The translations under genes and the position numbers were made by a program. This document shows positions 22,174 to 31,656 of a stretch of DNA of 64,000 nucleotides, piece after piece (the stretch's first letter is position 1; each line of letters starts with the position of its first letter). The notes beneath the pieces are model-generated. The model was given only the letters and a program-made list of their open reading frames with translations. It was not told the DNA's origin and made no database searches. The DNA is from Candidatus Latescibacterota bacterium. Lineage in GTDB: Bacteria; Latescibacterota; CBDEFO01. The DNA is taken from the NCBI GenBank assembly GCA_965237525.1, contig CBDEFO010000007.1:512001-576000 (forward strand). The letters are read 5' to 3'.

Positions 22174-22196
22174 CCCCCGATAGATTCAATCGGGGG
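22174..22196. repeat. 21-bp mini-palindrome family, locus 4
   Basis: cccccgatagattcaatcggggg; the 21-bp core is flanked by gtctac on both sides. Confidence 0.95.
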
Positions 22197-22197
22197 T

Positions 22198-23694
22198 CTA
22201 CGAGTCCGGTCCGTAGTTCAAGCTGGACGCATACGGACCGTATTCGACTACGATTTCCACATCTTCAATTATCACTCCTCCTGTGAGCCCATCGGGCCTC
22301 TTCTCCAGCGACATCTCTAACAGGTTCTCACCCTTATGTGGACGTTCCCCTTCCAGGCGGAATTCCAACCACTGACCGTTGTACGGAACATTACTATTTC
22401 CGATCTTCTGTGTTCCACCGAAGGTGCGCGTGCAAGTCTCTTGGGACAGAGACCTTCCGTTCAGCAGTATCGCAAGATTGTCCGCCGTCACCAGATTACT
22501 GACGTTGATCTTAAGTCGCACTTCACGCACGCGCTCAGAAGAAGCTTGTATATTTTCTGATACATAGAAGGGGATCTCGTAGCGTGCATTCGAGTCAGCA
22601 GACGGGATTTGGATGGGCAATGCCGCATCGTAGACAAGCCCAACACCTGCCGCATCCTCGCAGCGCCTCGGCAGAACATAGTGCTTTTCCCCTTCTTTTG
22701 ATAGTTCGGGATTGCCTATCTCCGTGAGAATTCTGCGTTCCGCATCGCCTAAGGGCCAGCGCAAAAACCAGGTGTAGAGACCATCGGCGCCGCGATCCCA
22801 GAAGTTTCCCGCAGCAGCTCGCATCATCTCAGGTGTAGCATACTTTCTCCGGTGAGATGGTCCGCTCTCGTATTCTGAGTAGGGTTGAAGCACTGCGTAG
22901 ACAGATGCGCTGTCGTTTTGATGTGCCGATTGAATGAGCCAATCGATCGGCATGTCAGGGTCGAGCATGAAATACCCGTACAAAAGCGGCACGACAAAGT
23001 CAACGATTCCCTCCTCAAACCACGTGCGCACGTCCAATCCCGCCTCAAGGCACATCTTTTCGGTGGGGAATACTCGAGCTCCGACCTGCCCAGGCTCGCC
23101 CGGCCTATTCCGGACCATTTGGGAGATCTTACCGACGTACTCTGTCATCAATGGAGTTTGCTTTTCCACTTCGTCGGGCTTGAGGAAGAACGGGGGATAG
23201 CCGAAGTCTAGCTCTATCCCCTCTACAGAATACTCTGTGGCCAGCTCCTCAAGGACTGCAAACTGATGGTCGCGTGCCTCTGGATGAGCTAGATTCAGAC
23301 AGCCCTCCATTGGTCCGGGCACACCGATCTGATAGCTCGAATCAGTTCCGCTGAAGGATCCCATACGCAGGCTAGCAAAAAAGTCCAAACCTGCCTCATG
23401 CGCCCTGTCGATGAGTACAGTTAGTGGGTTGAGGCCCCTGTCAATCAGGCTCTGCATATTCTTCCGTGCACGCCAAAAATACGCGACTGGACTTTGATCT
23501 CCACCCCATTGTTGTCCGATCTTAGAGGGGTAGAAGAGTCCGCCGCTTGAGACGCCGTAGATGAACGTGTCAACGGCGGTGCCGGCGACCTCATCTATCG
23601 GCCTCCAGGCGTCCTCCAACTGCATGGGTGGCTCGAAGGCGTACAGGTAGTAATGTCGCGCATCATTAAAGTAGATCGTTCGGCGGCGTCTCAT
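22198..23694 (-). CDS. Glycoside-hydrolase-like TIM-barrel protein (GHL10-like), function unknown
   Basis: YFNDARH, FFASLRM, EGIELDF, GADGLY motifs. Confidence 0.7.
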   Translation of the reverse strand: MRRRRTIYFNDARHYYLYAFEPPMQLEDAWRPIDEVAGTAVDTFIYGVSSGGLFYPSKIGQQWGGDQSPVAYFWRARKNMQSLIDRGLNPLTVLIDRAHEAGLDFFASLRMGSFSGTDSSYQIGVPGPMEGCLNLAHPEARDHQFAVLEELATEYSVEGIELDFGYPPFFLKPDEVEKQTPLMTEYVGKISQMVRNRPGEPGQVGARVFPTEKMCLEAGLDVRTWFEEGIVDFVVPLLYGYFMLDPDMPIDWLIQSAHQNDSASVYAVLQPYSEYESGPSHRRKYATPEMMRAAAGNFWDRGADGLYTWFLRWPLGDAERRILTEIGNPELSKEGEKHYVLPRRCEDAAGVGLVYDAALPIQIPSADSNARYEIPFYVSENIQASSERVREVRLKINVSNLVTADNLAILLNGRSLSQETCTRTFGGTQKIGNSNVPYNGQWLEFRLEGERPHKGENLLEMSLEKRPDGLTGGVIIEDVEIVVEYGPYASSLNYGPDS

Positions 23695-23767
23695 GCGTAA
23701 TCTCCTTTCTCTGTCAATACCAGACCAGCCTACGACTTAATTCAGTATGGCGACTCCTCTACCGCGA

Positions 23768-23812
23768 CCCCCGATCGCCCCCGATAGACTCAATCGGGAG
23801 TTCATTCGGGGG
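23768..23812. repeat. 21-bp mini-palindrome family, locus 5 (copy nested in a copy)
   Basis: cccccgatcg[cccccgatagactcaatcgggag]ttcattcggggg. Confidence 0.9.
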
Positions 23813-23950
23813 AAAGTAGGATCTGATTGTAACATCTTCTTCTGTTATAGTCACTACAATCTTACGGTCGTCAGTCGTAAGCCGAAGCTAAGGTATCCTG
23901 ACCAGAAAGTCACCAAACGAGGAAGATTGCCAACTCCTCTGCTCAGTTTC

Positions 23951-23979
23951 AATATATGACGGAAAGAGCAAGAAGTCAA
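23951..23979 (-). promoter_or_regulatory. sigma70-like promoter
   Basis: TTGACT-17 bp-TATATT upstream of 23694. Confidence 0.55.
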
Positions 23980-24494
23980 CGGCTGTTCTGCTAGAGAAGA
24001 TTGTCGGAGGGGCGGATATTTTGTGAGCTCCTGGGGGGCTGACAGAGGAAGGACCGAAAGGTATTCAGTGTCGACATGAAGTAAGGGTATCCATTACAAT
24101 TTCGACCACGATGTTCCACAGGAGTCCAGGTACTTGGGGCTCTCTTGGTGGAGGAGACGCCATAGTAAGACAGAGTCCCTCTCGATTTAGAACGTCAGGA
24201 CTGCCCGGCCAATGACATGGGTGCACCGCATGTCAACAACTGGAAGCCGCTACGGGATCCCAGGACCGAACGCTCCGCACACATATACCACCTCGCCATC
24301 CGACATTTCCTGTGTGTGGGGTAGAAATAGCTCCTCCTGAGATCTTTCATTCATGTTGCCCTCGAAGACCTTCCCGAGCGAGATACATTCGAAAGGGATT
24401 CTCAAGTAGTCCAGCAGCCAGACCCGCTACAGCTTCGATCCGCACAATCCAGATCATGTCCTAGCCTTCTTTGCACTAATGGCCGGTACTCGAC

Positions 24495-24728
24495 CAAGGA
24501 CTTCCCGGGCAGGCACTGGCGGAAGAAGCGCAATCAGTTGCCGTGGAAGATCTTATCGATGTCCGCGGTGCTGTACCCAGACTGGTCCAGGATCATCCGT
24601 GAGTGCTGCAAATCAGCGGTGATCTGGTAGTCGGACGGGATATCGTTGTTGTGACCCGCGTCAGCACCGGTGGCCGCGTGCATGGTGTCTCCAGCAAGCT
24701 GGCAGACATGTTCAACGTGGTCGTCCAT
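24495..24728 (-). pseudogene. Membrane dipeptidase (M19) C-terminal remnant
   Basis: DHVEHVCQLAG...GYSTADIDKIFHGN*LRFFRQCLP; TGA at the usual GNWLR tryptophan. Confidence 0.75.
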
Positions 24729-24955
24729 CGCTGTCAGTTTCAGGTTATCCGGTGTGGACCGGCGCCCCTACCTCCAGGGGACAAGGGGCCTCTACCACTT
24801 CACCTACGAGGGGGCCGAGGCTGTTTTGTCCTACTACTCCGAGATGGCGTATTGGACTGGTTTCCTTACCCCGAAGAGCGCGGATGTTTACCGACACAAA
24901 AGGACCGATTGCAGCATCTACCTGGTGGAGATCGAAGGCGCCACGGAACCGCTGA

Positions 24956-25897
24956 TCAGTACCCTTTCTCTTTGTCGATTGGGCTCAGCAATTCTTTGCC
25001 CGCCAGAAATCTCTTGAGATTCTCGCAGAACAGATCCACCAGACGATCGTTGCGGTTCGGCGAGCCACCGGCAGTGTGGGGTGTGATGAGCACGTTCTCC
25101 ATTTTCCATAGAGGGTGATCCTCCGGCAGTGGCTCCTCCGGCAGTACGTCCAGCCCGGCACCGCCGATTTGCCCAGTTGTCAATGCCTTCATCAGCGCTT
25201 GCTCGTCGACGATCTTGCCCCGCGTCACGTTGATCAGCAGCGCGTGAGGCAACATCCGGGAAAACGCGTCGCTGTCGAAGAGTCCCTGTGTCTCCTTCGT
25301 CAGCGGCGCACAGACGGCCACCACATCCGACTCAGCCAGGAGGTCGTTGAAACGTCCCATCTTCCAGCAGATCTCCACTTCAGGTGGCACTTCCACCTCC
25401 TCCGGATCGACGGCGACAATGCGCATGCCAAAGGCGCCTGCCCTTGTGGCAAGCTCCCTCCCCGTCCCTCCAAGTCCGACGATGCCCATAGTCCGGTCGA
25501 GCAGTTCCCAGGATAAGGAGCGAATCGGAAACCGCTGGTCCCAGCTTGGCTTTCGCACGGCCCGATTGATCCCCCGCGTTAGCCCTAAGAGCAAAGCCAT
25601 TGCATGCTCGGCCAGATGCACCCCCACCGTCCCCTTGGCGCTGGTCAGCACCACCTCACTTGCTACCATCTCCGGAAAGAGCATTTCATCAACTCCCGCA
25701 CCCCAGCTCTGCACCCACCTCAACTTCTCCGCCTTCAGAAACATCTCCTGCCCAATCCCTCCGCAGACCACCTCCACTTTCGGCACGATGCTCAGTGCTT
25801 CTTCGCCAGATGCACAAAGAACTTCCACTTCATCCGACACGGCCCTAATTGCTTCGACAAGGCGACCTTCCAGCTCCACAGTAATCAGGATTTTCAT
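24956..25897 (-). CDS. D-2-hydroxyacid dehydrogenase
   Basis: GAGVD, GIVGLGGTG, INVTRG, GAGLDV..EPL, ITPHTAG; start at MKILITV. Confidence 0.93.
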   Translation of the reverse strand: MKILITVELEGRLVEAIRAVSDEVEVLCASGEEALSIVPKVEVVCGGIGQEMFLKAEKLRWVQSWGAGVDEMLFPEMVASEVVLTSAKGTVGVHLAEHAMALLLGLTRGINRAVRKPSWDQRFPIRSLSWELLDRTMGIVGLGGTGRELATRAGAFGMRIVAVDPEEVEVPPEVEICWKMGRFNDLLAESDVVAVCAPLTKETQGLFDSDAFSRMLPHALLINVTRGKIVDEQALMKALTTGQIGGAGLDVLPEEPLPEDHPLWKMENVLITPHTAGGSPNRNDRLVDLFCENLKRFLAGKELLSPIDKEKGY

Positions 25898-25940
25898 ACC
25901 CTTACTCCTAATCGAGACTCTCAGTGATGATGGTGCCACC

Positions 25941-27404
25941 CTACTTGACCAGCACCATTTTGCGCGTCTGCACGAAGTCAGCGATGCGAATCCGGTAGAC
26001 GTAGATACCGGCCCCGACCGCTCGTCCCTTCTCGTCGGTGCCATCCCAGACGACGGTGTGTTGCCCAGCTGATCTTGGTCCTTCGGTGAGTATGCGCACC
26101 CGACGGCCGAGAAGGTCGAAGACGCTGAGTTCGACCGAACCGCGCGGTGCCACTGTGAATGAAATCGTCGTCGAGGGATTGAACGGATTGGGGTAGTTCT
26201 GGTGCAGCGCGCGTGCTGGGGGCAGCTCGCTCTCTTCCGATAGGGCGGCGGTCGGCATCTCACCCGGCAGGAGCTCGAAGACGTAGATTGGCCCATCGAA
26301 TCCCACGATGTAAACCTCGCCGCTCTCGTCTTCGCCGAAGCTGCTGATGTGCGACGGACAGGTGGCGATCAGGTCGTTAGAGCGCACCTTCCCCTCTTCG
26401 TATCGCAGGCCCCAGATTTCCTTGGTTATGAAATCGCCGTAGAGGTAGACTCCGTATAACCCGCCCAGACGGGCGGCGCGGTAGACATATCCGCCCGTAA
26501 CCGCGGCACCGGCACCGCCAATGTGACCGTACTCGAACACTGGCAGGGCAAAGCCGACTGTGTCGCAGTAGATAAAGATGCAGTGAAATCCCTCCATCCT
26601 GTTCCAGCCGTAGTTTGCGCCCTTTTCGATGAGATCGACCTCTTCCCACTTATTCTGCCCGACGTCTCCTGCCCACAGCTGACCGCTTTTCCTGTCGAAG
26701 CTAAAGCGCCACGGGTTGCGCAGTCCGTACGCCCAGATCTCTTCGCGCCAGTCTTGGCTGTTGCCGACGAACGGATTATCAGGCGGGATACCATACTGCA
26801 GGTTTGCCGTACGAGCGTTCACGTCGATGCGCAGAATTGCGCCCAACCAGGTAGTGGGATCTTGAGCGTTCCCGAATTGAGGCCCGACGCCTCCTCCGTC
26901 GCCCAGTCCGACATAGAGCATTCCGTCCGGTCCAAATGCGAGCTGGCCGCCATTGTGAATCGCCGATGGCTGTGACGTCTCCCAAAGAACGCGCTCGCTC
27001 TGAATATCGGCGGCGTCAGGGTCGGAGGACACTTCGAACTCTGAAACACGTGAGATGAAGTCGCCGTGTGTGTAGTAGACGTACAAGCGGCCGTTATCTG
27101 CGTAGCGCGGATGAAAGGCGACGCTGAGCAGGCCCCCCTCGAGTTTATCGTTTACCTGATCTTGGATGTCCAGGAAATCCGTAGCGACGGCGTGGTCGAC
27201 ATTAGGCATTACCTTGACGCGGCCAGGCTTCTCTACTACAAAGATGCGGTCGCTGCCATCTCCGGCGTGTGTCAGAAAGAGCGGTTGGACGAAGTCGTTC
27301 GCCGCAAAGACCTGTCGCAACTCGCGCGCTGGCAACTCTTGGGCGTCGGAGATTGAAGCCGAGATCCCCAGGAGTGCACAGCAGAGACTAACACAGTATT
27401 TCAT
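25941..27404 (-). CDS. PQQ-dependent sugar (glucose/sorbosone) dehydrogenase with C-terminal FlgD-Ig/T9SS type A-like domain
   Basis: HNGGQLAFGPDG, YGLRNPWRFSFD, GDVGQ, NYPNPFNPSTTI. Confidence 0.92.
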   Translation of the reverse strand: MKYCVSLCCALLGISASISDAQELPARELRQVFAANDFVQPLFLTHAGDGSDRIFVVEKPGRVKVMPNVDHAVATDFLDIQDQVNDKLEGGLLSVAFHPRYADNGRLYVYYTHGDFISRVSEFEVSSDPDAADIQSERVLWETSQPSAIHNGGQLAFGPDGMLYVGLGDGGGVGPQFGNAQDPTTWLGAILRIDVNARTANLQYGIPPDNPFVGNSQDWREEIWAYGLRNPWRFSFDRKSGQLWAGDVGQNKWEEVDLIEKGANYGWNRMEGFHCIFIYCDTVGFALPVFEYGHIGGAGAAVTGGYVYRAARLGGLYGVYLYGDFITKEIWGLRYEEGKVRSNDLIATCPSHISSFGEDESGEVYIVGFDGPIYVFELLPGEMPTAALSEESELPPARALHQNYPNPFNPSTTISFTVAPRGSVELSVFDLLGRRVRILTEGPRSAGQHTVVWDGTDEKGRAVGAGIYVYRIRIADFVQTRKMVLVK

Positions 27405-27513
27405 AGTCAATTCCTTTGCAGAAAATTCCTACAGTTCGTGGAATCGCTTGCCCGACAGATTGTAGAGGTCCACAGTAGTAGACAGCACGAGGGGATGGGA
27501 GACGGCGCCCTGT

Positions 27514-27564
27514 CTCCCTCGATAGTCCCCGATAGGTTCAATCGGGGATAGATTCAATCGGGAG
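27514..27564. repeat. 21-bp mini-palindrome family, locus 6 (nested)
   Basis: ctccctcGATAG[tccccgataggttcaatcggg]GATAGattcaatcgggag. Confidence 0.92.
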
Positions 27565-27653
27565 TCTACCGACCACTGTCTATTTAATAAATTGGTTTGC
27601 GTTGTGGATCCTTTGAGCGGTCGGGATACGCCGATCTCGCAAGACCCGATCAT

Positions 27654-28136
27654 TCACGCCTTTCCGCCACATGTGACGTGGTCGTCCAGGTCGAGTAATT
27701 CGAACCAGGTGACGATGTCTTCGCGCTGCTCACTCGCGGCTTTGTGCAGTTCGTTGAAAAATTCGCGCGACTCGGGGTCAGGGGGAACGCGGGCTTCCTG
27801 ATAGGCGGACCCCTGGGCGATCTCCCAGGGGTCAGGGTTGTGCGGGGCATTGGCTTGGACCCACTCAAGGATTTCGGAATCGCTCTTACCCTCAGCGAGT
27901 TCCTCCTTTAACTGTTCCGGGTTGATGCCGGTGTAGCTAAGAAAGCGCTTGTCGAGAGGGCAGGCATAATGGTATTCGCCGTTCTGGTTGGCGATAGTAG
28001 CACGCCCCTTGTCCAACATGCGCGGTAGGATTACGAAACCCGCCAGGCGTACGCGCGGGCTGCGGGGCGGTCGTTGTCTCAGGTCGGGTGCTGCCATTCG
28101 TTTTTCCAAGTCTGTAGTCTGCTGGGGTTTGCTCAC
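27654..28136 (-). CDS. DUF5069-like protein
   Basis: PPRSPRVRLAG..ILPRMLDKGRA...GEYHYACPLD; GTG start after RBS ggagg. Confidence 0.8.
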   Translation of the reverse strand: MSKPQQTTDLEKRMAAPDLRQRPPRSPRVRLAGFVILPRMLDKGRATIANQNGEYHYACPLDKRFLSYTGINPEQLKEELAEGKSDSEILEWVQANAPHNPDPWEIAQGSAYQEARVPPDPESREFFNELHKAASEQREDIVTWFELLDLDDHVTCGGKA

Positions 28137-28502
28137 TTTTCCCTCCCTTGTCTTTCGGTTGTTTGTCCATGGGATGATATCAGGGACCGATTTTCCAACT
28201 CACTCCTTCCGCGCTACTATGGTTAAACCACCCAAACACATCAGCACGTGTTTCCAGTTTCCTGGCCGGTTGTCGGGCATTGTCGGAAGCAATAAGTTGA
28301 GACCTGGACCCGTTTAATAGATAGTTCAACAGAAAGAAGCCCACTGAAAATTTACCCATATAGTGCAGAAACTGGATGTAATCCGTTCTTGCCGGGCCTC
28401 TCGATCCTCTCTTTCTCAGCACGGGGTAAGGTGATGCAATGACCCCGCCTGTCCAGGAACTGATGTCCACAAACTCCGTTGCTAGATTGGTGAAGACTTC
28501 CC

Positions 28503-28738
28503 TATCCCGAATAATTCACAAAAAAAGGCCGTGTATTAATTAAGGGATTGTATTATATTATAGTTATGCCGTTTAACCACCTTCGGTGTCAATGCGAGCC
28601 GGAGGCGAAGCAATCTCGATTCTGTGGTAGATGTAATACTCTCCGGCTCTCATAGGAGACCACTATAAAACCTTGAGATTGCTTCGTCGCTTTGCTCCTC
28701 GCAATGACTTCCATCAAGTTTATGAATTAATCGGGCTA
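28503..28738 (+). mobile_element. MITE copy 1 (no palindrome inserts), probably IS630-like
   Basis: TIR tatcccgaataattcaca / tatgaattaatcgggcta; C|TA...TA|G flanks; internal gtca.tgcgag...gaagcaatc / gattgcttc...ctcgcaatgac hairpin; homologous to 40973 and 56384. Confidence 0.88.
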
Positions 28739-29036
28739 GAGAGCCCCCCGGTTGTAATACCTTGGCAACTCCCGCATAGATCTGCCAAGATAGCCCAACC
28801 GAGCACTATTCAACAGGGTAGTACTAAGGTCTGGGCTCTTTTTCTTGCGCTAATTAAAGTCGGATAACCGCTATCCTTGTGAATCCATCGGTATCTCAAG
28901 CTGGGAATAAAATCCACTGGGCTTGAAATTCAGACCATAACGACAACAGCTTCAGCCGTATCGGCTGAAAAGAAAGTTGAGATGCCCGATCCAGTAGAGG
29001 GGTGCCGCCTTGTATGAGCCAGATCCAGGTGTGGGT

Positions 29037-30230
29037 TCAGGTGCGGGCGTGGTGAGACTCGGCTGGAGCGCGGTACTCGACGCGCAGGTGCGGGGTCTCC
29101 AGGCGCTGGTGGTCCTCCAGGCGTGAGGTCAGGCAGCTCTCCAGGGCGCCGCTGACGAGCAGGGTGCGCTCGGCCGGGAAGGGGGCTGTGCCAGTGGCGA
29201 TCATCTCTTCGATCTTGGCCACCAGGCAGGCCGAGTAGGTAACGTTTGGCCCCGGGGTCAGGAAAAACTGAGTGGAGATCGGGTTGACTACATCCTTGAG
29301 GCGGGCGGCAAAGCAGAAGTCTCTTACAGCGCCGTTGAGCATCAGCAGAGTAGCCTGCAGCCCGTCGTTGTACTCGATGAAATAGGCGGCCGGGTTTTCG
29401 ACCAGTTTGGGCAGCTCTCCGTTGCCTAACATATCCTGTGTGCGGCCATCCTCCATGGTGAGGCCCTGGAGCCTATCGCTGCGGGAGAGGGCGGACTCCA
29501 GCAATTCTTTGGACCAGCGGCCCTCTTCGCCGGCCTCCCACACGGCGTCCCCCTCGATCAACTGCACAGCCCTGACCCCGGTCTCGCCACCTTTGCGGCG
29601 CTCGACCATGCATTGCATGGCCTCCAGGGCGTGGTAGTCCATGGCGTCCGATTCGCCCATACCCACCATCAGAGCACTATCAATTCCGCAGTCTAAGGGC
29701 AGTTCGATGTCAGGCAGGCGCCATGTCACCGGCAGGGACGAGCCTGCCAAAACCGGGAATCCCAGGCGGTGACTGTCATCCAACATTTCCCGGGCCTTCT
29801 CAAAGCTGTAGGACAAGTGCTTATCGTTGTAGATGGGCACGGAGCGCCCATCCGCCTCGAAGACCTCTACGCACTCCTTGAAGAACTCGTAGCGCGGATA
29901 GAGAATCTGTTCCTTCTGGTTACTGGGGTAGTCGCCGTGCTCGGCGATGATCAAGACGGCATCCACGGCAAGGTCATCGCCGCCGCAGCGCAGAGCCTGG
30001 GCAATCGTGGGGTACACGGAAAAGCCGAACTCGCGGCAGCGGTCCGTGCTCTGGTCACCTTCGGACTTCTGGTCTACGTAGAGCGAGACGATCTCCATAT
30101 TAGGCCGGTGCCAGCGCCCTTCGTAGGGATAGCCTACCAGGAAGCGATCCGCAAAGTGTTGAGCGTGCGACAGGTATCTGTAGATGGTGGCGATGACGGC
30201 GATGCGTTTGGGAGACGTGTCAGTTGTCAT
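29037..30230 (-). CDS. Conserved hypothetical protein, oxidoreductase-like
   Basis: SHAQ, VDAVLIIAEHGDYP, YNDKHLS, AGSSLP, YHALE; paralog of 30378..31574. Confidence 0.8.
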   Translation of the reverse strand: MTTDTSPKRIAVIATIYRYLSHAQHFADRFLVGYPYEGRWHRPNMEIVSLYVDQKSEGDQSTDRCREFGFSVYPTIAQALRCGGDDLAVDAVLIIAEHGDYPSNQKEQILYPRYEFFKECVEVFEADGRSVPIYNDKHLSYSFEKAREMLDDSHRLGFPVLAGSSLPVTWRLPDIELPLDCGIDSALMVGMGESDAMDYHALEAMQCMVERRKGGETGVRAVQLIEGDAVWEAGEEGRWSKELLESALSRSDRLQGLTMEDGRTQDMLGNGELPKLVENPAAYFIEYNDGLQATLLMLNGAVRDFCFAARLKDVVNPISTQFFLTPGPNVTYSACLVAKIEEMIATGTAPFPAERTLLVSGALESCLTSRLEDHQRLETPHLRVEYRAPAESHHART

Positions 30231-30327
30231 TTTGCAGCGTTCTCCATAGACAGTTTGGTGAATTACAACGACTAAGTATCAGATCAAAATAGTTCGGACA
30301 AATTATAGAGACCCGCAGTGGTAGATA

Positions 30328-30349
30328 CCCCGATAGATTCAATCGGGGG
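30328..30349. repeat. 21-bp mini-palindrome family, locus 7
   Basis: ccccgatagattcaatcggggg, exact consensus. Confidence 0.95.
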
Positions 30350-30377
30350 TACTGTCTACTGACTACTGTCTACTTAC

Positions 30378-31574
30378 TTATGCCCTCCAGAAGGTGGATT
30401 CCTCGGGCGCCTCATAGGAGATGGACAGATGCGGGGTCTCCTGTCGTTTCTGCCCCTGAAAGAGACTCTCTACTCCAGCGGCCACCAGACCGGTGGTCAG
30501 CAGGGTGCGCTCGACAGGGTACGATGGCTCGCCGGTCAGGAACATCTTTTCGACGTCGTTTACCTGGGGACTGAAGAAGTTGGCCAGGGTTGTGCGGTCC
30601 GGCGGCATGGGCAGGTACATCTGAGTGGACAGCGGTGCACCCTGGCCCTCAAGGTGGGCGGCGAAGTTGAAATCCTGCACCAGGCCGTTCATCAGGATCA
30701 TGGTAGATTTGAGGCCATCCACGTGCTCGTACTGGTAGGCAATGGGATCTTCGACAAACTCCTTCATCTCGTCCAGGGTTGGGAAGATGTTGTTGAAGCC
30801 CGGTCGCGAGGGGGTGAGGGTGTGACTGCGGCAGAGGGCTGCCTCGAAGAGCTGGGGAGACCAGAGCCCTTGATGATGGGCCTCCCAGAAGAGGTCGCCA
30901 CGGTAGGCCTGCAGCCACTTGACGCCCTTTTCACCACCTTCGCGGCGTTCCACCATGCACTGGATGGTCTCCAGAGCGTGGATGTCGTAGCTGTCGACAC
31001 CGCCGTATGCGATGCACAGAGCCTCCCGAACGCGGGTGCCCAAGGGCATGTCGATGGACGGGGTGCGCCAGGTGACCGGCAGGGACGAGCCGGCCATGAA
31101 TGCAAAACCCATCTCTTGAGAGATGTCGTACATCTCCCGGGCCCAATCCCAGTTCCACGACAGGTGTTTGTCGTTGAAGATGGAGGCGGTTTGGCCGGTA
31201 GCTCTGAAGACAGCGACGATCTGCTTGAAGAACTCGTAGCGCGGGTAGAGGTGCTGGCCTTTTTCATTGGTCGGATAGCTGCCGTGCTCGCCGATCAGAA
31301 GGACGCCATCGACCGCTAACTCACTGCCTCCCAGGGTCAGGGCGTCGGCGATAGTGGGATAGATCTTCATGGAGGGAAAACGCTTGGAACGATCGCGGCT
31401 CAGGTCACTGTCCCCGACCTGGTCAACGTAGAGGGAGACCAGATCCAAGGGTGGACGATGGTGCCGACTGTTCCAGCCGTACCCCTCCAGGAAGCGGTCG
31501 ACAATCTGCTGGCCGTGGGAGTGCTTGCGGTACTCCGTGACGATGGTAGCGATTCTAGGGCGATTCGACAGCAT
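30378..31574 (-). CDS. Conserved hypothetical protein, oxidoreductase-like
   Basis: Same motifs as 29037..30230 (GEHGSYP, FNDKHLS, AGSSLP, IHALE). Confidence 0.8.
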   Translation of the reverse strand: MLSNRPRIATIVTEYRKHSHGQQIVDRFLEGYGWNSRHHRPPLDLVSLYVDQVGDSDLSRDRSKRFPSMKIYPTIADALTLGGSELAVDGVLLIGEHGSYPTNEKGQHLYPRYEFFKQIVAVFRATGQTASIFNDKHLSWNWDWAREMYDISQEMGFAFMAGSSLPVTWRTPSIDMPLGTRVREALCIAYGGVDSYDIHALETIQCMVERREGGEKGVKWLQAYRGDLFWEAHHQGLWSPQLFEAALCRSHTLTPSRPGFNNIFPTLDEMKEFVEDPIAYQYEHVDGLKSTMILMNGLVQDFNFAAHLEGQGAPLSTQMYLPMPPDRTTLANFFSPQVNDVEKMFLTGEPSYPVERTLLTTGLVAAGVESLFQGQKRQETPHLSISYEAPEESTFWRA

Positions 31575-31656
31575 CTGAATATCCTTTTAGAAGTGTTGGT
31601 ACCTCCATCGGCAACGTGAAGTTTCTTCGCTTCATAGATGTCTCTTTCCATTAGTA

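Noticed and set aside
25898..26296. N-terminal extension of the 446-aa dehydrogenase ORF
   Set aside because: Overlaps the PQQ dehydrogenase in another frame; homology starts at MKILITV (25897)
30429..31319. Long antisense ORFs (also 25347, 16228, 47290)
   Set aside because: Shadows of well-supported genes on the opposite strand
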